In this document: one piece after another, positions 1 through 10,005 of the stretch | How the letters are laid out: each line of letters begins with the position of its first letter | Position numbering within the stretch: position 1 is the first letter of the stretch | From: Candidatus Eiseniibacteriota bacterium | GTDB lineage: Bacteria > Eisenbacteria > RBG-16-71-46 | Length of the DNA: 45,979 nucleotides | Assembly: GCA_041492985.1 (NCBI GenBank) | Contig: JBGPXY010000003.1 | Coordinates: forward strand, 1-45,979 | Direction: 5' to 3' | Notes under the pieces: generated by a model | What the model was told of the DNA's origin: nothing | The model's database searches: none | What the model saw: the letters and a program-made list of their open reading frames with translations, nothing else | Position numbers and translations under genes: made by a program

Positions 1-1
1 C

Positions 2-2116
2 GGCGGTGTTGCCCGCCGTGTCGGTCGCCCGCACCGAGACCGTGTGCTCGCCCGGCTCCACATCGGGCACCCGCGCGTGGAACCCGAGTGTGCGCTCGTC
101 CGCGAAGCCGCCGTCCGGCGTGACGGTCCGCCAGTCGCCGTTGTCGAGGGACACCTCGACCCTGGTCACCGTGCTGCTCGCATCCTCGACGCGGCCCGAG
201 ACCGCCACCGCTCCCGGCTGGGGCGAGGCCGCCAGCTCCGTCACGCTCGGCGGGGTGTTGTCGACGGTGAAGGGCGGGCTCACCGCTTCGCCGGTCAGCC
301 CTTCGCTCACGGCGTTCACACCGGCGTCCGTGGCGGTCACCTTCACCCGGTAGCGGCCGTCGGGGAGGGCGTTCGTGTCCCAAGTGAAGCCGCTCGCCTC
401 GAGATCGTCATCCACCTTGATCCAGGCCTGGGCGCCTTCGAGCTTCACCTGCACGGTGTAGCGGAGCGCGTCGCCATTGGGGTCGACGCCGCGCCACTGA
501 AGCGTGCGCAGGCCGCGCGCGTACGTCGGCAGGTCGCGCAGGGCCTTAGGTGTGGTGGCCGACGGCAACGAGTACTCGACCTTCTGCCCGCCCGGCAGGA
601 CCTGCGTCACCGCCTCGGACCGCGGCGTCATCTCGCCTTCCTTGAACCCCTGCCCCTGTGGCGCCACCACGAGGTCCTCGATCCTGGGCGGCAGGTTCTG
701 CTCGCGCCATGCCGCCTCCACGGTCTCGACATGCGGGGCGCCACCGGCCGCCGTCAGGCGCCACTGAAAGTAGCGCGCGGCCGGCGCGCCGCTGCGCGGG
801 CGCTGGTCGGTGCCGCCGCGGCTCCAGCGGCTCCACGTCGAATCCAGCGGATCGGTGTTGCCGCTGCGGGTCCAGAGCTCGAGGGCGCTCCCTCCCGCCT
901 CGCCGCGCCAGCGCACCGCGCCGAAGCGGGCGAAACGGCGGGCATCGAAGACCGGCGAGATCAACTCCCCATCCCTGGCTTTCTCGGGCCCGACCCGCCA
1001 CAGGCCGGCCGGATTCGACGTGCCGGCGATCACGCGCCCGGCGTCGTCGGCCGCCAGCGCCGTGATCTGTCCCTGCGGTCCCTGCAGCCACTGCGTGCCG
1101 CCGATCCCGCGTTCCACCAGGTAGAGCCCGGCGCGGTTCCCGGTCGCCGCGACCACGCCCGCCGGCACCCGGGCGAGCCCGTACACGAACGGCTGCGGTG
1201 ACGTCCAGACCGACGCCGCGACGCTGTCGGGCACGATGCGGTAGATCACCGCGCGGCCGCCGCTCACGGCGCTGCGGGCGGGGGCCGGCCGATCGCCCGG
1301 CTCGCCCGCGTCGTCCTCCACCGCCGAAGCGCTGAGTGCCGCGGCATAGAGCGCCCCGTCGGGTCCGATCGCGAGCGCGCGCACCTCGTCTTCGCTGGCG
1401 TCGAAGACCGTCCGCAGCTCGTGATCGTCGCCCACGCGGTAGATGCGGCCTTTCGAGTCGCCACCGGCGTAGACCGCGCCGTGTCCGTCCGCGACCAGCG
1501 AGACCAGATTGCTCTCCTCGGTGTCGAGCACCACCCGCACCTCCCCGCCGCGGATCCGCAGCAGGCGTCCCTTGGTCCCGGTCGCCGCGTACCATCCGCC
1601 GCCGGGCGCCGGCGCCAACCCCCACACGTAGCGCTCGCCGGTGCGCGCGACCAGTGCGGTATCCCCTCGGGCGCCGATGCGGTAGATCAACCCTTCGGGA
1701 CCGGTTCCGGCCAGCACGCCATCCCCGTCGACGGCGAGCGCGAGCACCTGACCCACCGGCAGACGCGCGAGGACGCGGAATCCTCCGCTCTCGCTGAAGC
1801 TCAGGATCGTCCCGCGATCCCCTCCCACCGCCACCGTCCCGTCCTTCATCACCACCACGGACCAGAGGATGCTCAGGCTCTCGGGGGCGGCGGTGAAGCG
1901 GGCGGCCGGTCCCAGCTCGAGCGCCCCGTCCGGGCGCACCACCATCCCGTGCGCTTCCGACTTCGCGTAGTCATCGGGGCCGTCGCTGATCCACCACTGG
2001 GTCTCCGCCGAATGCGCCGGGGCCGAGGCGAGGACGAGCGCGATGGCGAGCGTGGCGGCGCGCGCGCTGCGTGCGATGGCGCGCTGGGGGCATGCGATCG
2101 GTCGGCGAAGTCTCAA
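2..2116 (-). CDS. Secreted beta-propeller (WD40/NHL-like repeat) protein with C-terminal FN3/Ig-like domains; 3' end beyond window
   Basis: Not in the ORF track because it runs off the edge. Read manually: TTG at 2116 after a GGGGAGG RBS, signal peptide ...AATLAIALVLASAPAHSA|ETQWW, blade repeats ALAVDGDGVLAGTGPEGLIY and YVWGLAPAPGGGWYAATGTKGRLL, ending ...TVSVRATDTAGNTA (Ig/FN3 last strand) in the same frame. Confidence 0.8.
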   Translation of the reverse strand, partial: MRLRRPIACPQRAIARSARAATLAIALVLASAPAHSAETQWWISDGPDDYAKSEAHGMVVRPDGALELGPAARFTAAPESLSILWSVVVMKDGTVAVGGDRGTILSFSESGGFRVLARLPVGQVLALAVDGDGVLAGTGPEGLIYRIGARGDTALVARTGERYVWGLAPAPGGGWYAATGTKGRLLRIRGGEVRVVLDTEESNLVSLVADGHGAVYAGGDSKGRIYRVGDDHELRTVFDASEDEVRALAIGPDGALYAAALSASAVEDDAGEPGDRPAPARSAVSGGRAVIYRIVPDSVAASVWTSPQPFVYGLARVPAGVVAATGNRAGLYLVERGIGGTQWLQGPQGQITALAADDAGRVIAGTSNPAGLWRVGPEKARDGELISPVFDARRFARFGAVRWRGEAGGSALELWTRSGNTDPLDSTWSRWSRGGTDQRPRSGAPAARYFQWRLTAAGGAPHVETVEAAWREQNLPPRIEDLVVAPQGQGFKEGEMTPRSEAVTQVLPGGQKVEYSLPSATTPKALRDLPTYARGLRTLQWRGVDPNGDALRYTVQVKLEGAQAWIKVDDDLEASGFTWDTNALPDGRYRVKVTATDAGVNAVSEGLTGEAVSPPFTVDNTPPSVTELAASPQPGAVAVSGRVEDASSTVTRVEVSLDNGDWRTVTPDGGFADERTLGFHARVPDVEPGEHTVSVRATDTAGNTA

Positions 2117-2153
2117 GAGCCCTCCCCTGTGGTCGGGCCGCCGCGGCGCGCGA

Positions 2154-3974
2154 TCACGGCGCCTTGGCGTCCACCTGGATCGACAGCAACAACTCGCCGC
2201 GGACCGGGCCGGCGAACGCGACACGACGCTCCTCGAGACGCGCGGCGTCGCCGCGACGGCCGACGTCGCCGGCACCCTGGGCACCCGCCAGCACGGCCAG
2301 CGCCGAGACCGGCAGCTCCGGGTAGTCACGCCCCTCGCGCGTCACTTCCGGCGCGTTCGCGAACAGCGCCGCGTAGAGCGCGTCGTTCGACCGGTTGTCG
2401 CCGATGCGCCGCCAGGCATCCTCGAGCGACGTCGGACGGTACCGCCCCGGGAGGCGCGCGGCCTCGTACCTTGAGAGTTCTGCTCCGCCTCCGAGCCACA
2501 GTACGTAGCGGCCGTCCGGCAACTCCTCGGGCGCGGTGACGCTCATCGTCACCCTCGAACGCCGGCCATGCCAGCGCTCGACCTCGCATTCGATCCGCAC
2601 CGCGCTACCCGGCCGCACCGCAGCGTCCAGCACGCGCGCGGAACGCAGCGTCCACTGCTCGCGCGTCGGCGCGGCCTCGATGGCCACGGTGACGCTGTCC
2701 AGCCGCAGCGCGGCGAAGGGGTTGTTGAACAGGAAGCGCAGGGGTGCCGCGAGCGCGCCCAGGAGGTCCCCGGGCGGCGAGTCGCCCGCCACCACGTCGC
2801 GGAGCGTCAGCGTCGGCGCCCCGTGGCGCACCAGGCGCAGGGTCCAGCGCAGCGTCTGGTTCCCCGCGACGCCTCCCGATTCCAGGAGGCTGTTGAGCGC
2901 GGCGATGCCCACCAGCTGCGGCGCCATGGCGCGGTCTTCGATGCTGGCGAAATGGAAGCTCTGACGCGGATGGCCGACGCCATCGATCTCGACCGAGACC
3001 GGCAGGAGTCGCGGCGTGCTCCCCACGCGACCCGACATCGCCGCGCGGCGGTCCTGGGTGAGTGTGCCCACCGCCCGCCCGCGCACGCCGAGCTTGAACG
3101 AGGTGAGATCGCTGGCGACGATGGTCGCGATCTCGGCCGTGGCGAGCGGCAGTCGCACGTCGCCCGACTGGAAGAGCGGATGGCCGAAGATGAGCACCCG
3201 GTCGCCTTCACGCCAGGTGAGGGTGCCGATGGCGGCGAGCTGGAGGTCGCCGGTCATGATGTCGACCGCGACCGCGCCCCCGGGACGGAGCGAATCGGCC
3301 GGCGGGCCGCCCCCGGGCGCACGCCCCCCGGGCGTCACGGCGAGGCCGAGCGGCCCGAACAGCCGGCGCGCCTCGATCAGCGCCGCCGGATGGAGACCCC
3401 CGCAGATCAAGGGCAACGCGTTCGGCGTCGGTGCGGTCGAGAGCTCCGGAGACGGCGCGGGCTCACCGGAGGGCGCGGGAGGATCCTCCCAGCGGAACTC
3501 GCCGAAGCGCACCGCGCCACCTGGAGTCTCGACCCCGGTCGGGCCAGCGCTGCCGGCCGAATCGGGCCGCGAGGGCAGGTCGAGCACCGCGAGCATCTCC
3601 CCGATCGGCGTCACCCCGAACAGGGGCTCACGCGTGAACGACCATCCGCTCGAGAGCGCGCCGATCAGCCGGCCGTCGACATAGACCGGCGATCCGCTCA
3701 TGCCCTGCGCCACGCCGGTCTTGATGACCCGCTCGCTGGTGGCCCGGGCGAGGATCAGGTCGCCCTCGGCGCGACCACCCTTGAGCACGCCGACGATCTC
3801 GGCCTCGAACTCTTCCACGCGGTCGCCGACGAATACGGTCTTCACCACCGCCTTCTGTCCGGGGCGGAGCTGGTCGGGAGCGAGGGTCGGGATGCCTGCG
3901 GGAGCGGCCGCGGCCGCCGATGCGGCCAGCAGGAGCAGCAGGGACAATCCAATCCGGCGGAGGCGCGGAGTCAC
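2154..3974 (-). CDS. Secreted SpoIVB-like peptidase S55 domain protein
   Basis: Signal peptide (LSLLLLLAASAAAAA), GVAQGMSGSPVYVDGRLIGA catalytic Ser motif, IGTLT...IFGHP His motif. Confidence 0.88.
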   Translation of the reverse strand: MTPRLRRIGLSLLLLLAASAAAAAPAGIPTLAPDQLRPGQKAVVKTVFVGDRVEEFEAEIVGVLKGGRAEGDLILARATSERVIKTGVAQGMSGSPVYVDGRLIGALSSGWSFTREPLFGVTPIGEMLAVLDLPSRPDSAGSAGPTGVETPGGAVRFGEFRWEDPPAPSGEPAPSPELSTAPTPNALPLICGGLHPAALIEARRLFGPLGLAVTPGGRAPGGGPPADSLRPGGAVAVDIMTGDLQLAAIGTLTWREGDRVLIFGHPLFQSGDVRLPLATAEIATIVASDLTSFKLGVRGRAVGTLTQDRRAAMSGRVGSTPRLLPVSVEIDGVGHPRQSFHFASIEDRAMAPQLVGIAALNSLLESGGVAGNQTLRWTLRLVRHGAPTLTLRDVVAGDSPPGDLLGALAAPLRFLFNNPFAALRLDSVTVAIEAAPTREQWTLRSARVLDAAVRPGSAVRIECEVERWHGRRSRVTMSVTAPEELPDGRYVLWLGGGAELSRYEAARLPGRYRPTSLEDAWRRIGDNRSNDALYAALFANAPEVTREGRDYPELPVSALAVLAGAQGAGDVGRRGDAARLEERRVAFAGPVRGELLLSIQVDAKAP

Positions 3975-3982
3975 GGGCGCGC

Positions 3983-4011
3983 ACTATAGCAGCGCGGTTG
4001 GAGCCGGCCAA
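3983..4011 (-). promoter_or_regulatory. sigma70-type promoter for the S55 gene
   Basis: TTGGCC-17 nt-TATAGT with TGn extension, 8 nt before GTG 3974. Confidence 0.55.
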
Positions 4012-4029
4012 TCGTCGCGACGGCCCGCC

Positions 4030-4059
4030 TTGCACGGCGCGCGCCGGAGGACCTACAGT
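4030..4059 (+). promoter_or_regulatory. sigma70-type promoter for yitJ
   Basis: TTGCAC-18 nt-TACAGT, 9 nt before ATG 4069. Confidence 0.5.
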
Positions 4060-4068
4060 GCCGCGCCT

Positions 4069-5922
4069 ATGCCATCCCCTTTCCTGGACCGGCTCGCACA
4101 GGGTCCGCTGGTCGCCGACGGCGCCATGGGCACGTTGCTCTACCAGCGCGGCGTGCAGTTCTCCGAGTCCTTCGACGCGCTCAACCTCTCCAAGCCGACG
4201 CTGATCGAGTCGGTGCACCGCGACTACCTGGCCGCCGGGGCGGAGCTGGTCGAGACCAACACGTTCGGCGCCAACGCGGTACGCCTTGCCTCTCATGGAC
4301 TGGAGGAGCAGGTGCGGGTGATCGCCCGGCAGGGCGTCAAGATCGCCCGCGCGGCGCGCGAGATCGTCGGCGTCAACGCGTTCGTGGCCGGCTCCATCGG
4401 CCCGCTCGGCAAACCGCTCGAGCCATTCGGCCACGTCACGGTGGCCGAGGCCGAGGCCTTCTACCGCGCCAGCGCCGAGGGACTGCTCGAGGGCGGCTGC
4501 GACTGCTTCATCCTCGAGACCTTTCAGGACCTCAACGAGATCCTCGCGGCGATGCGGGCGGTGCGCCGCGTGACACTCGACGTCCCGATCATCGCCCAGA
4601 TGACCTACGGCACCGACGGCAAGACGCTCTACGGGCAGACGCCGACGCTGGCGGTGACGATGCTCAAGCAGGCGGGGGCGGCGGTGGTCGGGATCAACTG
4701 CGGCGTCGGGCCGCAGCCGACGCTCGAGGTGCTCGAGGAGATCGTCGCGGCGGCCGGGGGCACGCCGGTCTCGGCGATGCCCAACGCGGGACTCCCCCAG
4801 GTGGTCGACGGGCGGTATCTCTACCTGTCGAGCCCGGACTACTTCGCCGACTTCGCCGCCCGCGCCGTGGGCCTCGGCGTCCGCATCGTCGGCGGCTGCT
4901 GCGGCACGACCCCCGCGCACATCCAGGCCATGCGCGATCGACTGGCCTCGCACCTGCCGGCCGAGAAGCTGGCTCCGGGCGCGGAGGTGCGGGTGCTCGA
5001 GCACGCGCCGGCGCCGGTGGCTCCGCCTCGTGAGGCGACCGAGCCCTCCCTGCTGCGCAAGCTGCGCGAGAAGTTCGTGGTCAGCGTCGAGATCGACCCT
5101 CCGCGCGGCATCAACACCCAGAAGGTGATGGAGGCCGCGCGCATGATGGCGCAGCGGGGCGTGGACGCCATCAATATCGCCGACTCGCCGCTGGCGCGCA
5201 TCCGCATGAGCGCGATGGCGCTCGCGTTCCAGATCCATCAGCACTTCCCGCGCGTGGAGGTCATCCTCCACTACACCACGCGCGACCGGAATCTCATGGG
5301 GCTCCAGAGCGACCTGCTCGGCGCGCACGCGCTGGGCCTGCGGAACATCCTCTGCCTCACCGGTGACCCGCCGAGCCTCGGCGACTATCCGAACGCGACC
5401 GCCGTGTTCGACACCGACGCGCCCGGACTCATGCGCATCGTCCACCGCATGAACCAGGGCACCGACCTGGCGGGGACCTCGATCGGAGCCGCGACCGGGT
5501 TCGCCATCGGCTGCGGCGTCAATCCCACCGCCGAGGACCTGGACGCCGAATTCGAGTACGTGAAGCGCAAGCTCGACGCCGGGCCGCAGTTCGTCATGAC
5601 GCAGCCCGTCTACGAGCTGGACTGCTGGAAGCGCTTCATCGAACGCCTGGGCGGGCTCACGAAGATCCCGATCCTGATCGGCATCCTGCCGCTCCAGTCC
5701 TTCCGCCACGCCGAGTTCCTCCACAACGAGGTGCCGGGGATCCATGTGCCGGACTGGATCCGCGCCCGCATGCACGAGGCGGGCAACGAGGGTCAGAAGG
5801 TGGGCGTGGAGCTGGCGCGTGACCTGCTCGTGGCGTGCCGCGGGATGGCCAACGGGGTCTACCTCATGCCCTCGTTCGGCCGTTACGAGAACTGTCTCGA
5901 CGTGCTCCAGGGCTCCCTGTGA
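4069..5922 (+). CDS. yitJ: Bifunctional homocysteine S-methyltransferase / 5,10-methylenetetrahydrofolate reductase
   Basis: DGAMGT, ETNTFGAN, GINCG and GGCCGT Zn ligands, then an MTHFR domain (SVEIDPPRG, RDRN, TGDPP, TQPVY). Start trimmed to MPSPFLDRL. Confidence 0.93.
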   Translation: MPSPFLDRLAQGPLVADGAMGTLLYQRGVQFSESFDALNLSKPTLIESVHRDYLAAGAELVETNTFGANAVRLASHGLEEQVRVIARQGVKIARAAREIVGVNAFVAGSIGPLGKPLEPFGHVTVAEAEAFYRASAEGLLEGGCDCFILETFQDLNEILAAMRAVRRVTLDVPIIAQMTYGTDGKTLYGQTPTLAVTMLKQAGAAVVGINCGVGPQPTLEVLEEIVAAAGGTPVSAMPNAGLPQVVDGRYLYLSSPDYFADFAARAVGLGVRIVGGCCGTTPAHIQAMRDRLASHLPAEKLAPGAEVRVLEHAPAPVAPPREATEPSLLRKLREKFVVSVEIDPPRGINTQKVMEAARMMAQRGVDAINIADSPLARIRMSAMALAFQIHQHFPRVEVILHYTTRDRNLMGLQSDLLGAHALGLRNILCLTGDPPSLGDYPNATAVFDTDAPGLMRIVHRMNQGTDLAGTSIGAATGFAIGCGVNPTAEDLDAEFEYVKRKLDAGPQFVMTQPVYELDCWKRFIERLGGLTKIPILIGILPLQSFRHAEFLHNEVPGIHVPDWIRARMHEAGNEGQKVGVELARDLLVACRGMANGVYLMPSFGRYENCLDVLQGSL

Positions 5923-5947
5923 GATCGCGGCGCCGCGACCGGGCGCG

Positions 5948-6826
5948 GTGGCGCCCACGCCGGTGAGCGACGGAAGCGGGGACACGGTCCCGCATCGGCT
6001 GACGGGCGCGATGCTGGCCGGAGCGCTGCTGGTCCCGCTGCTGACCGTCGGCCTCGCCGCGGCCCTCGCGTTCCCGGGCCTCTCCTCGAGCACGTCGCTG
6101 ACGCGCCTGCTGCTCGCGCGCGCGCTCACCCCGACCGGATGGATCGGACTCCCGGTGATGGGCGCCGGCCTCGGGGCGCTGGCCTCGCTGGCCTGGGCGG
6201 GCTCGACCTCCCGCACGCTGCGCGTCCTGCTCCTGGCGATCGGCCTGTGCCTGGCGGGGGCGGCACTCGTCTCCCGCACACCCGGCATCCCTCCCACGCG
6301 CGGCGCTCCGCCGCGCAGCGCGCGGGGCAAGGCGCAGGAGATCCGCCGTGCCGCGTTCCGCTCGCCCTCGGCGATCGCCGGTATCCTCCACTACACGCGC
6401 GATCCCGACGCCGTGGTGCGCGAGCAGGCGGTGCTGGCACTGGGCGTCAACCTGGTGGTGGCCGGCATCGAGCACGCGACCACGGATCGTCCGTCCCCCT
6501 ACCAGGGCCTGGCGCTGCGCGACAGCATCGGCGCCCGCCTGGACGCGGCGCTGCAGGATACCGACCAGGGCGTGCGGGCGGAAGCCGCCCGGGCGCTCTG
6601 GAATGCGCCGCGCAGCTTCGGCGCCAGGCCGGCCGCGGCGGAAACACTCGCGAACATCCTCGACCGCGGGCTTCGTCCGGGGGCGGTCGAGCGGCTCGCG
6701 TGGCTCGCGCTGGACGCGGCCGCGGGCGCACCCGACCCGGGATTGAAGGCCGCGGCGGCCCGCTTCGCGGCGGCGACCCCCGACAGCGATCTGGCCCGCG
6801 CCGCCCGTCTCGCCGCCCGACCCTGA
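5948..6826 (+). CDS. Membrane protein (about 3 TM) with C-terminal HEAT repeats; start uncertain (5948, 5963 or 6011)
   Basis: Three hydrophobic segments, then DPDAVVREQAVLALG and DTDQGVRAEAARALW HEAT-like repeats. Confidence 0.7.
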   Translation: MAPTPVSDGSGDTVPHRLTGAMLAGALLVPLLTVGLAAALAFPGLSSSTSLTRLLLARALTPTGWIGLPVMGAGLGALASLAWAGSTSRTLRVLLLAIGLCLAGAALVSRTPGIPPTRGAPPRSARGKAQEIRRAAFRSPSAIAGILHYTRDPDAVVREQAVLALGVNLVVAGIEHATTDRPSPYQGLALRDSIGARLDAALQDTDQGVRAEAARALWNAPRSFGARPAAAETLANILDRGLRPGAVERLAWLALDAAAGAPDPGLKAAAARFAAATPDSDLARAARLAARP

Positions 6827-6927
6827 CGTCCCGTGGCCGGCGCCCTCGATCATCGAGGTGGCGCCGCGCTCCCCTTGGGGATATGAATTGGCGGGGCGAG
6901 TGCAGCCCCGAGGGAAGAGGAGGAGCC

Positions 6928-7284
6928 ATGGGAGTCCGACGGAGCATCAGCGGAAACGTCACCGTGCTGAGAGTCGGTGGCGAGTTCTTCGGCGGCGACG
7001 AGACCGAACGGCTGAGGAAGGCGATCCTCGACGAGTCGGCGGGCGGCAACATGCGCCTGCTGCTCGATCTGTCCGAGTGCAGCAACATGAACTCGAGCGG
7101 GCTCGCCGTGATGGTGGAGGCGCACAAGCTCTATTCCGCCCGCCAGGGGGAGATCAAGCTGTGCGGTCTCCAGAAGAAGATGACCAGCCTGCTGGTGATG
7201 ACCCGGCTGATCAACGTCTTCGGTCACTACCCGACCGAGGTCGAAGCGCTGGCCGCGTTCGCGGGCACACCGGCCGGCGCGTAG
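6928..7284 (+). CDS. STAS-domain anti-sigma factor antagonist
   Basis: AGGAGGAG RBS; 118 aa; VTVLRVGGEF...LLLDLSECSNMNSSGL...IKLCGL...TRL. Confidence 0.88.
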   Translation: MGVRRSISGNVTVLRVGGEFFGGDETERLRKAILDESAGGNMRLLLDLSECSNMNSSGLAVMVEAHKLYSARQGEIKLCGLQKKMTSLLVMTRLINVFGHYPTEVEALAAFAGTPAGA

Positions 7285-7293
7285 GGCCGCGCC

Positions 7294-10005
7294 TCAAGCG
7301 CGCGGAGCGCCCCACTCCCGCTTCCAGGCGGCGAGGAGGTTCAGCGCCTCGAGCGGCGTGAGCGTCTCGACCTCGAGCCCGCTCAGGCGCTCGGCGAGCG
7401 GATGCGTCGCCGCCGGGACCGGGAGTCCGGTCCCCGGCGCGACCGTCCTGCCGCCCGTGCTCGCTCCCGGGCGCCCATCGAGGTGCTCCACGGTGCGCTC
7501 GGCTTCGAGCTCGACCAGCACCTCGCGGGCACGCGCCAGCACCGGCTCCGGCAGCCCGGCCAGCCGGGCCACGTGGATCCCGTACGACCGGTCGGCCGCC
7601 CCCTCACCGATGCGGTGCAGGAACACCACCCCGTCTCCCCACTCCTTCACGGTCGCCTGCACGTTGGCGAGGCGCGGCAGGCGCTCGGCCAGCTGGGTGA
7701 GCTCGTGGTAGTGCGTGGCGAAGATGGTTCGAGGCCGAGGGCCGCCATCCTCGTGCAGGAACTCGGTCACGGCCCACGCCAGCGCCAGCCCATCGTAGGT
7801 CGCGGTCCCCCGCCCGACCTCGTCGAGCATCACGAGCGAGCGCGGGCTCGCCGAGCGCAGGATCTCGGCGGTCTCGCGCATCTCGACCATGAACGTGCTC
7901 TCCCCCGCGCCGAGCCGATCCGAGGCCCCGACGCGCGTGAACAGACGGTCGACCAGGCCCACCTCGGCGCGGGCCGCCGGCACCGATGAGCCCAACTGGG
8001 CGAGCAGCACGCACAGCGCCACCTGGCGGAGATAGGTGCTCTTGCCACCCATGTTGGGACCGGTGAGCAGCAGGATCTGCCGGCGGCTGCCGTCCAGCAC
8101 GCAGTCGTTGGGCACGAACTCGCCCGGCGGCAGGAGGCGCTCCACCACCGGATGCCGCGCGCCATCCAGCGCCAGCCGGTCCGACTCGCCGAGTATCGGA
8201 GCGACCCAGCCGTAGCGGGCGGCGACCTCCGCGAGCGTCGCTTCGGCATCGAGCTGGCCCAGCGTCTCGGCGGCCCGCTGGAGCGCCGGCACCGAGCGTG
8301 CCGCCTCGGCGCGCAGCGCCACGAACAGCTCGTGCTCGCGCGCCTGGAGCTTGTCCTCGGCGCTCAGCACCTCGCTCTCCTTGGCCTTGAGCTCCGGCGT
8401 GACGAAGCGTTCGGCGCCGGTCAGCGTCTGGCGCCTCTCATAGTCGCTCGGCACCTTGTCGAGGTGGGTGCGCGTCACCTCGAGGTAGTAGCCGAACACC
8501 CGGTTGTAGCCGATCTTGAGGCTGTGGATCCCGGTGCGCGCCCGTTCCGAGGACTCGAGATCCGCGATCCAGCGCTTGCCCGAATGCGCGAGCTCGTGCA
8601 GCCGGTCGCGATGGGCATCGTGACCCGGGCGGATGATGCCGCCCTCGCGCGCGAGCGGCGGGGGCTCATCGACCAGGGCTTCCGCGAGTGATCGGTGCAA
8701 CTCGGGCAGCCCGGCGAGCGCCGTGCCCACGGCCGGGCGGTTGGGTCCGCCCACCTCGCGCGATCGCGCGGCCAAGCCCGGCAGCCGTGCCAGGGCATCA
8801 CGGAGAGCCCCCAGATCGCGGGGCGTGGCCCGCTCGCAGGCGAGCCGGCTCGCCAGGCGTTCGAGGTCGGGAAAACCCCGCAACGCCTCGCGGAACCCCC
8901 CACGCAAGGCGCCCGCCGCGCGCCATGCCTCGACCGCGGCCTGACGCGCGACCAGAGGCGGCAGATCCGCGAGCGGCCGCTCGAGCCAGGCCCGCAGTCG
9001 GCGCGAGCCGAGGGTGGTGGCACACAGGTTCAGGTGATGCCAGAGGGTATGGCGCACGTCCCCGCCGGGCTGCGGCTGGAACAGCTCGAGGTGGCGAGCG
9101 GTCGCGGCGTCGTAGCGCAGCGTGCGGTCCTCCACCCAGCGCTCCACGCGGCTGAGCTGGCGCGCCGGGCCTCCCTGCACACGGTCGAGATAGGCGATCG
9201 CGCCGGCGGCGGCCGCGCGCGCGGCAGGAAGGTCCCCGAGCCCGCGGGTGACGTCGGCGCCGAAACGGGCCGCGAGCGGTGCCTCGTCGAGGAAGGACGC
9301 GACGGGCACCGGGCTGGAGGCACCCGCGAGGCCCTGCACCACGAACGCCAGCCGGGCGCGGGTGGCGTCGTCGAGCGCGGCGGGCTCCGGGGTCACCCAC
9401 TCGGCCACGCGTGTGCGTGAAAGGAACGCCGGGGCGTCGCTCCACGCGGGCTCGGCCAGCTTGACCTCGCCGGTGGACACATCGGCCAGGCACACGCCGA
9501 GGCGCTCAGGGGTCGGCCAGAGCGCGGCCAGGAAGTTGTTCGCGGCGGGCTCGAGGAACCCCTCGCCCACGACCGAGCCCGGGGTCAGCACCTCGGTCAC
9601 GCCGCGCTGCACCAGGCCGCGGGTCTCGGCCGCGTCCTCGAGCTGGTCGCAGATCGCCACCTTGTGACCCAGCCGCAACAGCCGCGCCACGTAGGCGTCG
9701 CGCTGGTGCCACGGGATGCCGCACATCGGGATCGGTTCCGGGTCCTGCTTGTTGCGCGAGGTGAGCGTGAGGCCCAGCAGTGCGGCCCCCCGGACCGCGT
9801 CGTCGAAGAACATCTCGTAGAAGTCGCCGAGGCGGAAGAACAGGAACGCGTCGGGATGTTCCCGCTTGACTCGGGTGTACTGGTCCATCAACGGGGTGCG
9901 CGTCTCGGAGCGGCGCGTGGACCGGGATCGGGGCGCCGCCTCGGCGGGGTCTGTCGGCTCGCCGAACGGAAGCGACGATTGGGAGGCGCGCGTCGATCGG
10001 GGCAA
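7294..10005 (-). CDS. mutS: DNA mismatch repair protein MutS (start approximate)
   Basis: TPLMDQY, FFRLGDFYEMFFDDA (Phe-X-Glu), Walker A GPNMGGKST, GESTFMVEM, DEVGRGT, ATHYHEL. Confidence 0.96.
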   Translation of the reverse strand: MPRSTRASQSSLPFGEPTDPAEAAPRSRSTRRSETRTPLMDQYTRVKREHPDAFLFFRLGDFYEMFFDDAVRGAALLGLTLTSRNKQDPEPIPMCGIPWHQRDAYVARLLRLGHKVAICDQLEDAAETRGLVQRGVTEVLTPGSVVGEGFLEPAANNFLAALWPTPERLGVCLADVSTGEVKLAEPAWSDAPAFLSRTRVAEWVTPEPAALDDATRARLAFVVQGLAGASSPVPVASFLDEAPLAARFGADVTRGLGDLPAARAAAAGAIAYLDRVQGGPARQLSRVERWVEDRTLRYDAATARHLELFQPQPGGDVRHTLWHHLNLCATTLGSRRLRAWLERPLADLPPLVARQAAVEAWRAAGALRGGFREALRGFPDLERLASRLACERATPRDLGALRDALARLPGLAARSREVGGPNRPAVGTALAGLPELHRSLAEALVDEPPPLAREGGIIRPGHDAHRDRLHELAHSGKRWIADLESSERARTGIHSLKIGYNRVFGYYLEVTRTHLDKVPSDYERRQTLTGAERFVTPELKAKESEVLSAEDKLQAREHELFVALRAEAARSVPALQRAAETLGQLDAEATLAEVAARYGWVAPILGESDRLALDGARHPVVERLLPPGEFVPNDCVLDGSRRQILLLTGPNMGGKSTYLRQVALCVLLAQLGSSVPAARAEVGLVDRLFTRVGASDRLGAGESTFMVEMRETAEILRSASPRSLVMLDEVGRGTATYDGLALAWAVTEFLHEDGGPRPRTIFATHYHELTQLAERLPRLANVQATVKEWGDGVVFLHRIGEGAADRSYGIHVARLAGLPEPVLARAREVLVELEAERTVEHLDGRPGASTGGRTVAPGTGLPVPAATHPLAERLSGLEVETLTPLEALNLLAAWKREWGAPRA

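Noticed and set aside
3975-4068. SAM riboswitch upstream of yitJ
   Set aside because: The 94-nt gap is filled by two promoters; no S-box motifs
3628-6330. Long antisense or alternate-frame ORFs (e.g. 900 aa 3628-6330, 713 aa 10939-13080, 764 aa 32390-34684, 628 aa 34729-36615)
   Set aside because: Shadow ORFs expected at high GC; they overlap well-supported genes and have Arg/Gly/His-rich, motif-free translations
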